A stretch of 64,000 nt of DNA, from assembly GCA_951406725.2 (NCBI GenBank), contig OX597827.1, positions 81,778,001-81,842,000 on the forward strand, read 5' to 3'. Shown here in pieces: positions 47,853 through 61,717 of the stretch. Position numbers and translations under genes: made by a program. Numbering within the stretch: position 1 is the first letter of the stretch; every line of letters begins with the position of its first letter. The DNA is from Octopus vulgaris. Taxonomy: Eukaryota. The notes under the pieces are model-generated. The model was not told where the DNA came from. It did not search any database and worked only from the letters and a program-made list of their open reading frames with translations.

Positions 47853-49298
47853 GACATCCGTGTATGTGTAATCATGCAGATAGCTCACTGTAATGTATGT
47901 GTGTGTGTGTGTGTGTGATTGTTGGTTGGTTTTTTTTTCTGTTTTCCGATTGGTAGATTTCTGTAGTCATCCTTGATGTGATGCAGAGTGAGGTAGAAAG
48001 AAAGTGAAATAGAGAATAGAAAGAGTCAATGTAAGAGGTATTGAATGAGTGCACATACTATGCTTGGGGGCAGGCAATGAATAAGGGAACACTAACCACC
48101 AACCCTCACACACACACACACACACACATACACAGTGTGGGAGAAAGAAGAATAGAGACATTAGACTAAATGAGTGTATTAATGCTTAATTCAGTTTTGT
48201 TTTTTGGTAATAAATATTTTTCTGTTGGAAATTTGAATTCTTTTCATTGATATATATAAACTCTAAAAAAATTTATAAAAGATTACAATTATTGTATGTT
48301 TGTCATATTTCTTGATATCGCTCGTTATGACAAAAACCTACTCCCAAGCATACTCATCATGCAATGGGCAACGCTAGCACATCTCCCCCACCCTTTCTAT
48401 CTATCTATCTATTTATCTACGTACCTACCTACCTACACACACATATACATCCATACGTGCACACATATATACATATATATGTGTATTTGTAGGTATGTAA
48501 GTATGTAGGCTAGGGCATATGCCAAGCTGGGCCGCCATCAGGAAAACACACAGCCTGGCAATGAAATGTACTAAAACGAGTCAATTCAGATTTCATTTGT
48601 CCACAATGTGGTCTGTAAATCAGAAGATCGACTCAGCTAGTTTTGGTGGTATTTATCCTCTCATCAGTGATCGGTTATTTTCTTCATGACAGAAAGTATT
48701 CAAGAAACTGCCTCATATATGGTCACTTGTTAAGTGAAATTGCTTCGAAAATAAAATTTATGTACAACAGGTAAATATTATTTGGATAAATGAATTAATT
48801 AAATACAATATTAAGGGGTCTAATTGTTGAGGAGTTCTAGGGATCGTAGGGCGGTTCTAACAATTTAACAAGCGGTTCTCTCCCTTTGTTGACGCTTTTT
48901 TGTTAACATGGATTAGCTCCCTTACATTATGGCTGGGCTTTAAAAGGCGTCTGTTTAATTGTATAGGAGAAAGGATTGGGTTGGAAGGGATTTGAATGGA
49001 AAATGATTTATAGAGAGATTAGAGAGTAACAATGGATGGTGGCAGTGACAAGGGGAGATCCTCGGAACTTACACACAAATCATGACTAAAGATTCAGTTA
49101 AATAATTGACATATACATGGCGGTGCCCCAGCATGGCCACAGCTCATTAGCTGAAACTGGAAAAATCAAAATCAAATACTACAGAAATACAAATGTAGCA
49201 AATCTGAGATGGAAATAGCAGGGTGGTGGTGGTGGTGGTGCTAGTGGTACACCATCATTGCTGTTGTTGTTGTTGTTTGTCAGACTCATAGCCCTTTA

Positions 49299-50296
49299 TC
49301 TTTATATATATAAAACTGAGAATGTGTGTCTGTCTGTGTTTCCCTAAAATTTGAGAACTACACAACCAATTTCATTCAAATTTTACACATGCCTTACTTA
49401 GGGTCCATGTAGTTTCATGGGCAAAAAAAAAATGTTCAACTTCTTGCCTAGAGCGAGCCCATAGCAATATCATATCTTCTCCACTATTTCAGTATTACGT
49501 GTTAAAAGTGAAACAAAAACATTTCTCTATTTTATGTCAGATGCTTTCACTTTAACAATAAAAATAATAATAACAATTGAATTATATGTAGTAAGTAATA
49601 ATTAAAATGAAACTAAAGTATAATATAATCGTAACATGACAAAAGTAAAAATAGCAATTGGTATAAAATTGCATCAATGACTTGAACTTGAATAAGTGGT
49701 TTCACATGAATGGGAATAAATTAAAAATAGAAGTAGCGTGCAGAAATGGAATAGTCCAGATGGATAATAAAAAATTAAATTAAAGAAGAGAAAAAAGAAG
49801 ATTTGAACACGTGGAGGAAAGCACCTTGAAAAGTGTCTTGGTGCGACTATGAAAGTTACCTAATCAGAGGCGGTAAATTCGCCACAATATAAGCAAGGTT
49901 CGAGTCAACGGAGCGTGCAAGGGAGTACTCGACTCAAACTTGCAAAGTGGAAATATTTTATTTTTACCTTTATATCTGGGACGTAGGAGGTCCCGGAAAA
50001 AAATTTAAAATTCCCCCTCCCCCAGAAGTAGAGGTAGGCTGGATTGTAGCCACACTTCTATACAAGAGGGAGGACAAGATACAATTGATCGAAATTACAA
50101 GAGACGGGCTAACAATTCCAGTCTGTTATATATTTTGAGTATTATTATCACTAGCGATATCAAGATATAACTTTGTATTTTGTATTTTATGTGTAGATGT
50201 ATATATATAGATGTACATGTCATATGTACACATATATATACACATATATACATGCACTAGCACTATGACCCGGCAACGACGGGTCTTTAATGCTAG
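49299..50296 (+). mobile_element. Non-autonomous Helitron
   Basis: A|TC..TATATATATAAAACTGA 5' end. 3' hairpin GACCCG-GCAACGA-CGGGTC followed by CTAG|T. No TSD. Confidence 0.85.
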
Positions 50297-50424
50297 TATG
50301 AAATATAATGTAACACATCTCCAAGATTATATCCTGAACTGTAATGTATCAAAGATGTAACATAGCCTGTAACACAGACATAACTTGTGTGTGTTTTGTA
50401 AATGACGTGTCAGGTGAAATCGTG

Positions 50425-50458
50425 TCTTTATCTCTTTTTCTGTTTGATTTTTTTTCAG
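50425..50458 (+). promoter_or_regulatory. Polypyrimidine tract and splice acceptor of the protocadherin exon
   Basis: TCTCTTTTTCTGTTTGATTTTTTTTCAG ends 32 nt before the ATG, implying an upstream non-coding exon. Confidence 0.75.
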
Positions 50459-50490
50459 AAGCTGTCAGTGCTGTGAGTGGAGATTGAACC

Positions 50491-52914
50491 ATGAATGTCA
50501 TCAATGGGGTGTCTATGTGGACACTACAGTCGGCGATATTATTATTATTTTCCTGGCTGACCGGCTGCCACAGCATTGACCTTACCTATCATGTGGAGGA
50601 AGAGAAATACTCGGGCACTTACCTCGGGGACATTGCTGCTGACTCCCACTTAAGAGACAGTTTACCATTCCAAGATCACAACTTAGTGACATTTAACCAA
50701 TTGAAGCCACGTCGCAATGGCAAACACCAGTTGTTCAACGTGACAAAGGCAGGTAAGCTGTACACGGCACAGACATTAGATGCCGAGAAACTATGTACAT
50801 ATAATATGGAATGTTTCCGCATTTTCAAAATTGCCATCCACCAAGATGAAACTTTCATGAAAATATTGAAGGTGAAAGTGGTCATTGTGGACATAAATGA
50901 CCACAAACCTGAGTTTGCCAAAAAACTGGTCAGCCTTCAGTTTGATGAAGGCGATGGAAAGGGCATGAGGAAATCCATTCCTAATGCCGTAGACAAGGAC
51001 GTTGGTGTGGTCAATTCGAAAATTACTTATCAGATAGAACGCAGCTCTGAGAAGGCATCATGCCCTTTCACGTTGTCTGTTAGAAAAACTATAAGTGGCA
51101 GGTCAGAACTTGGAATTGTTTTGGAGAGAAAACTTGACAGAGAAGTGAAAGATTCCTATAATATTCGCGTGGTGGCCAAAGATGGAGGTTATCCACCTAA
51201 ACAAAGTACTTTAGATGTGAAAATAACTGTGACAGATGTTAATGACAATGCACCAGTGTTTAATAATGATATTTATAATATTTCTATACAAAATACATAC
51301 CAAAGGAACAAACCAGTCGTTATTTTGTCAGCAAAAGACTCAGACTTTGGGGAAAATGGCCATGTTTCTTATTATTTCAGTTCAGAGACTCCAGAGGCTG
51401 TCAAATCTCATTTTCGACTGAATCAAGTCACTGGAGAAATATTTCTCCAAAAAGACATTTCTTTAGAACGGAAGCAAGCTTATAAATTGTTTGTGCGAGC
51501 TACTGATCAAGGTAGCTCCCCTCTCAGTTCTATAGCCATGGTTCTGGTAAATATTGTTAACCAACACAACATGGCTCCAGAAATAGATGTCAACTTTGTC
51601 ACTCAGATAAAAGAGAATACAGCAGCCATTTCTGAAGGAATCAAAGTTAGCAGTTTCATAGCTTATGTCAGTGTTATTGACAATGATGTTGGACAGAATG
51701 GTGAGGTGGAATGTTCTTTAGAACATGAAAAATTTCTTCTCTTAGATTTAGGTTCAAATGAATATAAGGTAACATTGAGGAAACCTGTGGACAGAGAGAA
51801 ACAAGATAGGTATGACATAACAATTTCTTGCGAAGACAAAGGATCCCCTCCTTTACAGACTCAGAGACAGTTCTCCATTGAAGTAATGGATGTCAACGAT
51901 GTACAGCCACAATTTACAAAAGAATCGTTTAAATTTCTGACTTATGAAAATGGGAAAACAAACTTCCCCATTGGTTTTATAAATGCTACTGACCCCGATA
52001 TGGGAGCTGGAGGTCAACTGACTTTTTCTCTGTTGAGTACCAGCAAACATGTGATACCATTCCAGATAACTGATTATGGTTTTATCTCAACCACTATACC
52101 ACTGGATAGAGAACAACAAAATGTTTATAAGTTCCAAGTATTTGTCAAAGACAACGGGAATCCTTCATTAAATAACACAGCCAATGTGATTGTAGAAGTT
52201 TTAGATGAGAATGATAATGCCCCTTATTTCACCTTCCCTAGTTCGGACCCTTTCAGTTTAAATGTCCACTATCATCCCCAAAGTAAAAAAGAGATCACTA
52301 TTTTAAGGGCTTCAGACAGGGACAGTCATTTAAATGCATTCCTTAAATATGACATAGTAAAAGGCAACAACAAACAGTTATTTGCAATAAACCCCTATTC
52401 TGGGGCACTGTCTTTTGCTCGGACAGTTTACCAAAATGATGCTGGTACCTATGACTTGAAATTCGTTGTGAAAGACAGTGGGACCCCTGTTCTCTCAGTG
52501 ACAACCATGGTGTCTTTAACACTGACCGTTAGCAACAAGACATCTCCAGCACTGAACAATGTTCCATTACAGACTGACCACATGATTAACTTGACCTGGG
52601 TCATTGTTATTGTAACGGCCGCTGTAATAGCCTCAGTGGCCATTGTAGTATCAATAACCCTGTGTATTGTCAGATGTAACAATGGTCGTAGCCACTTGGA
52701 ACCAACTGAAATTAGTACCACCATCCCAGCCAATAGAGAAAAAAGTCATTTCATATCTCTGACAAAAAAACCTGTCCCAGCATCAAGACATTCCGAAATG
52801 AAGAACAGAAACACTCAATTTATGGAATCAAGTCGGGAATTTTATCCTCAGTATGAGTCCCAAAGTGAGTGGACCACTTCAACGTCTGAAAGGAGGCCTG
52901 CATCTGTGCTGTTG
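50491..52914 (+). CDS. Pcdh: Protocadherin (cephalopod-expansion type), first coding exon: signal peptide, EC1-EC6, TM, proximal cytoplasmic region; paralog not identifiable
   Basis: Hydrophobic leader ending GCHS|IDLTYHVEEE. LDAE/LDRE/VDRE and DINDH, DVNDN, DVNDV, DENDN linkers. CX5C in EC1. TM at 52591-52671. Consensus donor G|GTAAGT at 52914/52915 in phase 0 after 808 codons; unspliced, the ORF reads on to a stop at 52941. Alternative start at 50515. Confidence 0.96.
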
Positions 52915-54328
52915 GTAAGTATAAACGTTTGGCTTATTTGAAGGTTGAGCACAAGTTTGATATTTGCAAAGCATTTTCTTGCATTCTTGCTGATTCCATA
53001 TCTATGGAATAATTGCCAGAGAAGGAGATATTATTGGACTTTAGAAAGTATCACACAAACAACTGTATGTAACCATAACACCAGGGCTATATATCTGGGT
53101 GGTGCTATGTCAACACCAGAAATCTACAAAGGATGGTAAATATTCTGGTTATTGTGTTCTTGGAGTGTCATGATAGAATCTGGTCATAATTTGTCAAATC
53201 TAAAAATAGATACTGAGAAATGAAGACGAAGAAAGGTTGCAGTGATGTTATGAAGAGAAGTAGCTTAGGAATAAAGGAGAGAAGTAGGATGAAAACGGTT
53301 GGAAGATTTCTCTCTGTAATACATGAGTATATTTCAGTGTAGAGGAGGACAACTCCTGTTGTTGAAGAGGTGGTGGTGGTGGTGGCGGGTAGGGGGAGGG
53401 TACAAGGATTGTGCTGCTGCTGCTGCTACAGAAATGACCATTCTGAACAGCACAAGGAAAACACAGCAAATGTGTGTGTAGAGAGAGAGAGAGAGGATAG
53501 AGAGATACTGTGTTAGATAGACAGACAGGCAGACAAACAGATAGACAGAGAGAGAGAGAGAGAGAGAGAGATACTGCATTAGATAGACAGACAGACAGAC
53601 AGATAAATAGCTTTGTGAAACTGCACACAGGCGGGTGTCACATTGTAAAGTGGCTCAATCTCACATGTTAGTACCAACACGTGGACCTTGTGTGCCTTTA
53701 ACTGTGTCCCTTCTTTTACAAACATTCAGGGCCCTCTCCGTTTCAGGATAACTTTCTCCTTTCCTTCATTGAGGCACATGGGGGAGCCTCTGTGGACTAA
53801 GTTATATATAAAAAATAGATTATGTCACAAAATCATATACAACACACACACACACACACATGTAAACATGCCACTGTCACATGTTGTGCCAGCTAATACT
53901 GCAACTCTACTGCAATTTAGCTGCACTCTTACAGTTGCTGCTGTGGATTATTATGCAAACATGCATTACTGCACAGCATAAAACATTGTTGCACACTTGC
54001 ATTTGGTGTTCTGTGTGTTGTAAATGTGTCAGCTGACAGGCATTGCAATGTGTTGCAGCCTGAATGTGCACTCGTCACACCATATATCAGTGCATGTATA
54101 CTGCATGTATTGCATGTTGCAGCAACAGCAACCAACATAAAACAGTGATGTGCAGGATAACACTACTGATTGTGGTCTGCTACAAGGTGACACACTTCTT
54201 CTGCAACTCTTCAACAACAAGTTACTGTCAAGCACTCACCTCTGGCATTGCACTCCTGTCAATGGAGCAGAGATGAAGATGCAGTGGTTTAAACAGTGTA
54301 ATACTCAAGTGGTATTGGAGTGGTATTT

Positions 54329-54562
54329 AAGGCAGTGAGCTGGCAGACAAGTTAGCATGCCGGGTGAAATGCCAAGCGGTATTTTGTCTGTCGTTACGTT
54401 CTGAGTTCAAATTCTGCCGAGGTCGACTTTGCCTTTCATCCTTTTGGGGTCGATAAATTAAGTACCAGTTACACACTGGGGTCGATATAATCGACTTAAT
54501 CTGTTTGTCTGTCCTTGTTTGTACTCTCTGTGTTTAGCCCCTTGTGGGTAGTAAAGAAATAG
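54329..54562 (+). mobile_element. SINE family B, full length
   Basis: Same as 29911-30140. Candidate TSD GG(T/C)ATTGGAGTGG at 54311-54323 and 54562-54574. Confidence 0.92.
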
Positions 54563-55697
54563 GCATTGGAGTGGCTTAAATGATGTGATGGCATAGTATA
54601 ACAGTATTGAATAGAGTAGCTTCGATAGAATGGCACTATACAATATACATTGTATAGAGTGGTGTTATAAGGTGTAGTTAATTGTTGGGATCAGTTGTTT
54701 CTCTAACAAATGAAGGTTCAGCAACTCCCCCCCCCCCTCATCATCATCCTTTGATGCTGTTCAACAACCAGTCCCAACCAGTCGTGGTTCATGGAACAAC
54801 TGCCTTCCACATCCAACTCTGGTGCTTCATTCGACCACACTATTCATACTTTCAATTGCTGAATACGAAAATGTGGCATTAGCGATGTCCATTCTAGTGA
54901 TATTCCAGATCCCCCCCTCTCACCCTTGTAATGTCCTTTCATTCTGGTCTTCTTTCCACATACAGGGTAATCATCCTCTTTTCATTATTTACACCATGCT
55001 GGATGGCCATTTGCTCTCCTGGGTTCTTCTCTCTTTTCCATCCTACAGGGTCCCCAACAACCACACCGTCTCACCAAGGAAGTTTGGTGGGTTTCAGGGG
55101 AATGAACAAGACACAACTACACAGTTCTCTTTGGTGCTGGTGTCTTGGTCTGATGTACATCTTATATGATGACTATTATTATTATTATAGCGGTTTGCAT
55201 GGTTTGTATTGATTTGGTGCCACGAGCCCAGTAGTTATCAGGATGCAGGATTTGTACGGAGTTACCTTCTCTTCAATGACCTATTAAAGAGCTGAAGGAG
55301 CTCATTGGCCATGGGTCCATTCGGGAGTCTGTGAGTGACCTTCTTTTGGAGACAATTCCATGGCATGCTAGTTAACCTATAGTTGAGAACTGAATGAGTT
55401 CTACTAGACCAGGTCACAACTGACCTGGTGACAATAGTGTTTAATTGGTTTACATATAAAGCACAGTGATTAAAGTGGTAAGACACAACATCAGAGACAA
55501 TGGTGACAGTGAGTAAAGCATTAAGCAGTGGAACTGAAATACAAGTGCTTCACATCAGCTCATCAACATTGCTATGGCATATGATATATATATTTCATAT
55601 ATATATATATATATACATACACACACGTGTGTAAGTTGTCTAAAATTTCATAAGTCAGGAAAAAGATGCACTTGTATATCTGTCAAAAAAGTGGGTC

Positions 55698-55973
55698 TAT
55701 TATCTGAAGTGTACAGTATTGTATATCCATCATGGCTGTTCTTACCAATTGGTTTTGCACTAGGGGTACAACAGAGTGTTAGGTAACAATCCAATTATAT
55801 AACCTATACTCATCAGCGGTAGCCAATATGGAATGAAATATGGTGACTGCTCTTTGATGAGCGTAGGGTTATATAAACAGATTGTTACTTAACACTCCGT
55901 TGTACCCCTAGTGTGAAACCAATTGGTAAGATCAGCCGTGATGGATATTTAATACTGTACATTTTGGATAATA
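55698..55973. repeat. Imperfect 276-bp palindrome with a hammerhead motif in each arm
   Basis: ~125-bp arms, for example TTACCAATTGGTTTTGCACTAGGGGTACAACAGAGTGTTA against TAACACTCCGTTGTACCCCTAGTGTGAAACCAATTGGTAA. Confidence 0.9.
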
Positions 55974-56757
55974 TGTATATATATATATATATATACCTTT
56001 CTTTCTATCAGCCCCTTCACACCTACTTCGTTCTTTCAACTCTTCTTTCTTTCATTCTCCCTCCCTCACATTTCCTGGCCTTCCCATCATTCTCACCTTC
56101 CCTCCTCTTTCACTTCACTCTATCCCTTTTCTTTGTTCTTGTCCCTCCCTAATTCTTCTATACCTCTCTCCTCTACCTCCACATGACCAGCCAAGCCTGA
56201 CCTTTCTTTCTTGGTTTGACTACCATCCATGCAACATCTATATTCCTCTCCATGCCTGTCACCTCTTATGGCCCTGACGTAAGGCTTCACTTCCACACAC
56301 GCCAGCTTAATTTGATTCATCCTTAGTCGAAAGACACCTGTTGTTAATGTCCTGTTATTTGCATTTGTATTTGTGTAACATTTCTCCGTTTTTTTTTCCA
56401 TCCTTATTTTACTATACATTTGCTACTTTTTCCAAGGAATCTAGTGCTCTTAGCTTAGAGTTTCCTTGGGACTCACCAGATTGGAGCAGTCTCGAGTTAT
56501 AACCAGCTGAAACTGCAAAAATAATCTGGAACTCGACTGAGGAAAGAAAACTCTTGTTTCTTCTTGTCCCATTGTTGTATCATCTGTCTGGATGTTTTGC
56601 GTTCTTGTCCCATTTTTTGAATTCTGTTTCAAATATATATATGTGTGTGTGTGTATATATGTGTGTGTGTATATATGTATGTGTCTGTGTATATATATGT
56701 GTGTGTGTATATATATATATGTATGCGTGTGTGTATATATATGTGTGTGTATGTATG

Positions 56758-56806
<49 letters not shown>

Positions 56807-56949
56807 ATATATATATAGAGGGAGAGAGAGAAATAGATATACATATATGTATGAATATATATGAGTTGTTTTTCTCTTCCTCTATTCATACCCTAACCTC
56901 ACATCATTTGGCATAAAGCCCCCCTCCCCCCACTCAATGGTACTCCCTC

Positions 56950-57206
56950 TTCAGTTGAGGGGGGAAGGGTGGGGTCGTTGTCTTGCAAGCTTCTTGGTGA
57001 CTCCACTGGTGTTAGTGCCACATAAAAAAGTACCCAATCCATTCTGTAAAGTGGTTGGCATTAGGAAGAGCATCCTGCCATAAAACCATGCTAGAGCAGA
57101 CAACTGGAGGTTGGCAGAGTCTTCTGACTTGCCAGAGCCTATCAAGCTGTCCAACATATGCCAACATGGAAAGCAGACATTAAATGATGATGATGATGAT
57201 GATGAT
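56950..57206 (+). mobile_element. RTE-related 3'-end copy (older)
   Basis: GTGCCACATAAAAAAGTACCC..GTGGTTGGCATTAGGAAG.GCATCC..CATGGAAAGCAGACATTAAA(TGA)n. Confidence 0.82.
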
Positions 57207-57322
57207 ATTTATCTATCATCTATCTATCTATCTTTTTTTATCCCCAAAAGAAAAGCTCTACCTTGTAATTTGTCCCGTCTATGTGGCTAATAAAGAAACA
57301 TATCTATCTATCTATCTATATA

Positions 57323-57353
<31 letters not shown>

Positions 57354-57398
57354 ATCTATCTATCTATCTATCTTTCTATTTATCTATCCATCTATCTA

Positions 57399-57449
<51 letters not shown>

Positions 57450-57729
57450 TTCTATCTTCATACATATGTAGAGAGATAACTATGTAGATGGATAGACAGA
57501 TATGTATATCTGTATGAATGTGTAATGCTTGCTTTCTTCAAACAATCTCCTCTTTTGTCTTTGAGTTCCACTAACAATTACCGTTAAGTATTTGATTTCT
57601 TTCTCTAACTAAGAGGTAAATTTTAAATTCAGTGAGAATATGTTTGTGGAGCCATTCAGTACATCACCTTCTACATGATCCATTGTAGAGACATATCTAT
57701 CCGTCTCTCAATATATATTTATGTATGTA

Positions 57730-58580
57730 TGAGGAGGTACTCAAAAGAAACCGGAATTTTGCAGTTATTTTATTCACTTAGTTTTACACGTTTACATTTT
57801 ATCGCCTTCAAAGTGTTCTCCATTTGGATCAATGCATCAGTCCAGATGTTTTTTCCAATGTTTGAAGCAACGCTAGAACTCTCTCAAAGTGATGTCTTTT
57901 AATACCTCTATCGTTTTCTTCTTCACCTCTTCCACATCTGCAAATTCCATAGCACCAGCTTCCATCATCAGTGATGATCTTTGACAAAATGGTCCAGATC
58001 AATTTCCAGCTGTCCTTTCAGTTCATCGCCTGCATTCAGTCACGACTGCTTTTCATCTTCTGTGAGCAAAATGAGGCACAAAATTTACCGCAACTCTTTT
58101 TATTCACAACTCCTTGCTCAAAATTTGTTGGTGGGAGCTCCAGAACACACCCCTCATACCAACAAATTCATCAATTGTACAGTGACGGTCCTTAAAGATC
58201 AGTCATGATGTTTTCATTCATTCAGGAGCTCGACAGTCACCCTGAGCATCCCTAAAGCAATGAAAGCCCACTCGTAATCTTGTGTTTTGCTCATGGCAGC
58301 ATTCTTGTAAGCTGTCTGAAGTATGACACCTTCTTCAGCCAATGTTTACCCAGCAAAAAAAAAACAACAGAATTTCACAAAAGCACATTGTTTCGTCATC
58401 TTAGCCATTGCAAAACTCAGTGAACAAAGGGGAAGCTGTGCAAAACAAAGATGCAACATGTATCAGTTCAGAAGACTGATGCCTGAGGATTGCATCAAGT
58501 GGCTCCTAGTAGCGGAAGCCTGAACTACCAAGGGCTTGTCCCACAAAGAATGTTTCAAGTTACTTTTAGGTACCTCCTCA
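57730..58580 (-). mobile_element. Internally deleted mariner transposon
   Basis: TIRs TGAGGAGGTAC..AAAAG.AAC..GAA flanked by TA. Minus-strand remnants KRVAVNFVPH.LTEDEKQ and LSKIITDDGSWCYG. Confidence 0.88.
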
Positions 58581-59113
58581 TATATGTATGTGTGTGTGTG
58601 TGTATATATATATATGTATGTATGTATGTAGGTAGGTATAAAATTTAACAAAAACACAGCAGACAGAAAATTCATAACTAATTCCTCATCAGTCAACATC
58701 CAAAAGATCCCTTACAAATTCACGCCTTTAATGTTAATATTGTTCAGTTTTGGTGGTGCCAGTGGCGAAGAGCCACTGGGAATTGCTAATGAATGTACAG
58801 GACAATGACGAAAACAAACACAACAGAATAAAATACACATGTACAACCCAAAAATATACAATAAAAAATGCCATACAGCCAAAAGGCAGAGTGACGCAAA
58901 GGAAATTGAAAATGTTCAATACAACTGGAGACGAGAAAGGACAGAGAGAAAGTCAGAATGAAGGGAGAATTATATATATAGGAGATATATATATAGGTAT
59001 ATATATATATATATATATATGCGTGTAAATATACATGTGTGTGTATATGTACATGTATGTCTATACAGGTATATATATATATTCATATACATATATACAT
59101 ACATGTATATTGG

Positions 59114-59155
<42 letters not shown>

Positions 59156-60385
59156 TATAGTAGAATAATAGAAAGAAGTTCTTGGTACAGTATTATATAT
59201 TTGAAATGTATATATGTATGTGTATGTATATATGTGAATATGTGTGTGTGTGTATCTATCTATCCCTGTACTTATATGTATCTATCTAGCAATCACACAC
59301 ACAAAGAGCATTTATGGGAGTCAACCGGCCGAGTGACCTTTACATGGACAGTCACCCTGCTAGAAAAAGCAGCCACATTTCTCCCAAATGACATACTACT
59401 GTCTTCAAAAAGGAAGGACATCACCACTACTGCCACAAACACTACCACCACCACCTTTGCAACAACTACTACAGCCTCTACTACTACACTACTATGTCAC
59501 TCTTTGACGTCACAAATCATTTAAGATCAATACAAACTCCTCTCTCTCTCTTCCTCTCACTCTTCCTCTCTCTCTTTCTATTTCTCTCCCTCTCTCAATC
59601 TAATTCTCTCTCCCTCTTTTTTATCTCTCTGTCTCTCACTCTCTAACTTTCTTTGCCTTTCACACTCACTTCCTCTCTGTTTTCCTTTCCCTTCACATCA
59701 AATAAAATTACCGCCCCCACCCCCTCACACACACACATGCACATTCATATAAACAGACACATGCTCGCTGGGACACAGTTATATGCACATATACACACAC
59801 ACACACATACACACATACATATACGCAAAGACATCCTGACGTACATATAGACACACGTACATGCACACACACACACACTGAAGAAATGTGATTACAGAGA
59901 AAGGAGTTTAAAAAATGAGAAACTCGCTCAAGAAGATAATTCCATTTAATACTGTGTTGTTAGAGAATGTCACCCCTACCACCACCACCGTCACTACATC
60001 AACAACAACCACACTACAAACACAACCACCACAACTGCCACCTCAACCACAACAGTGACGACTACCACCACCACCACCACCATCACCACCACCACCACCA
60101 CCCCTATCCCACAATTACCCTTATTATCTTCCCCTATCCCATCCTTTCACCCAAACTCTGCCATTCTACCTTTCCATTTTTCTAAATCACACACTGAACC
60201 AGAAAGCAACAGATAAAAATATGTGCTGTGGGGGAAGGGTTATTTACCTATCTACCTTTTTATTGATTTATCTGTCTATCTATCAATCTATCTAATTATC
60301 TATCTATCTATCTGGTTATGTATTTATCCATTTATATGTATGTATATGTATATATATATATAGGCACAAACACATACGCACACTC

Positions 60386-60444
<59 letters not shown>

Positions 60445-60606
60445 GATAGATAGATAGATAGATAATTAGATAGATTGATTTATATATATTGGAAGGGAGA
60501 TAGATAGAAAGCTGGATGAATAGATAGCTAGAAAGATAGATTGATAGGTAAGTAGGTAGGTAGATAGATACTTATACGTACATTTATGCATACATATGTA
60601 TATATG

Positions 60607-60638
<32 letters not shown>

Positions 60639-60765
60639 TACATACACACACGCATGCACGCTTATACTTAAATATATGTGTATGTATGCATGCATGTATG
60701 TTTGTATGGATGCATGTATATATCTATGTAGAGAAAGGGGTAGAGTGTTTGATAGATAAATACAG

Positions 60766-60802
<37 letters not shown>

Positions 60803-60985
60803 CACACACACACACATATATATATATATTAATAAAAAATATATATACACATATATGTGCAGGTATGTATGTATTCATATATATATATATATATATATAC
60901 ACTATTCACATATATGATAATCATGTTTTATGTATATATACATGTGTATCATATGTATATGTACCTATATATATATATGCATGTG

Positions 60986-61018
<33 letters not shown>

Positions 61019-61034
61019 ATGTATACATATATCC

Positions 61035-61093
<59 letters not shown>

Positions 61094-61213
61094 TGTATCA
61101 ATTTGTATGTTTGTGTATATTTTTAACTCTAGTAATACATAAAAATGTGAATCTAAATATTTTCCAACTTTCTCCATGTTGATGTTGTAAAGATAGGAAA
61201 ATTATATTACTGG

Positions 61214-61245
<32 letters not shown>

Positions 61246-61673
61246 TGCTTATCCTCTCTCTACCTCTCTATATCTCTTTGGTACACCCTCGCTTTCTCTC
61301 TCTCTTTCTCTGTATAACACACACACACACGCATGCACACACAAACATACACAAGCATGCCATACCCTCACCCACATCCCTCAGTATTTTCCTCTTTTGT
61401 CTCCCCTCCATCACCCAAACCCTGATATACACATATACACACACACAAACACGCATGAATATAGATACACCCTCACACACATGCATATACACACATAGAC
61501 ACACATAAACATGGATACACACATACACAAATAGATACACCCACACACACACACATGCATATATATACACATGAACATAGACATGGATACACCCACACCC
61601 TCACATATACACACACATGCGCATACACTCTAACAGATACACCCTCACACACATAGCTACACATACACACACA

Positions 61674-61717
<44 letters not shown>

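Noticed and set aside
52915-52941. Treating 50491-52941 as a complete single-exon gene
   Set aside because: A perfect GTAAGT donor precedes the stop, so the last 8 codons are probably intronic.
54740-55500. Possible decayed CR1/L2-type RT fragments (also 4120-4470, 31270-31960, 48540-48660)
   Set aside because: Only faint motif resemblance; a profile search is needed.
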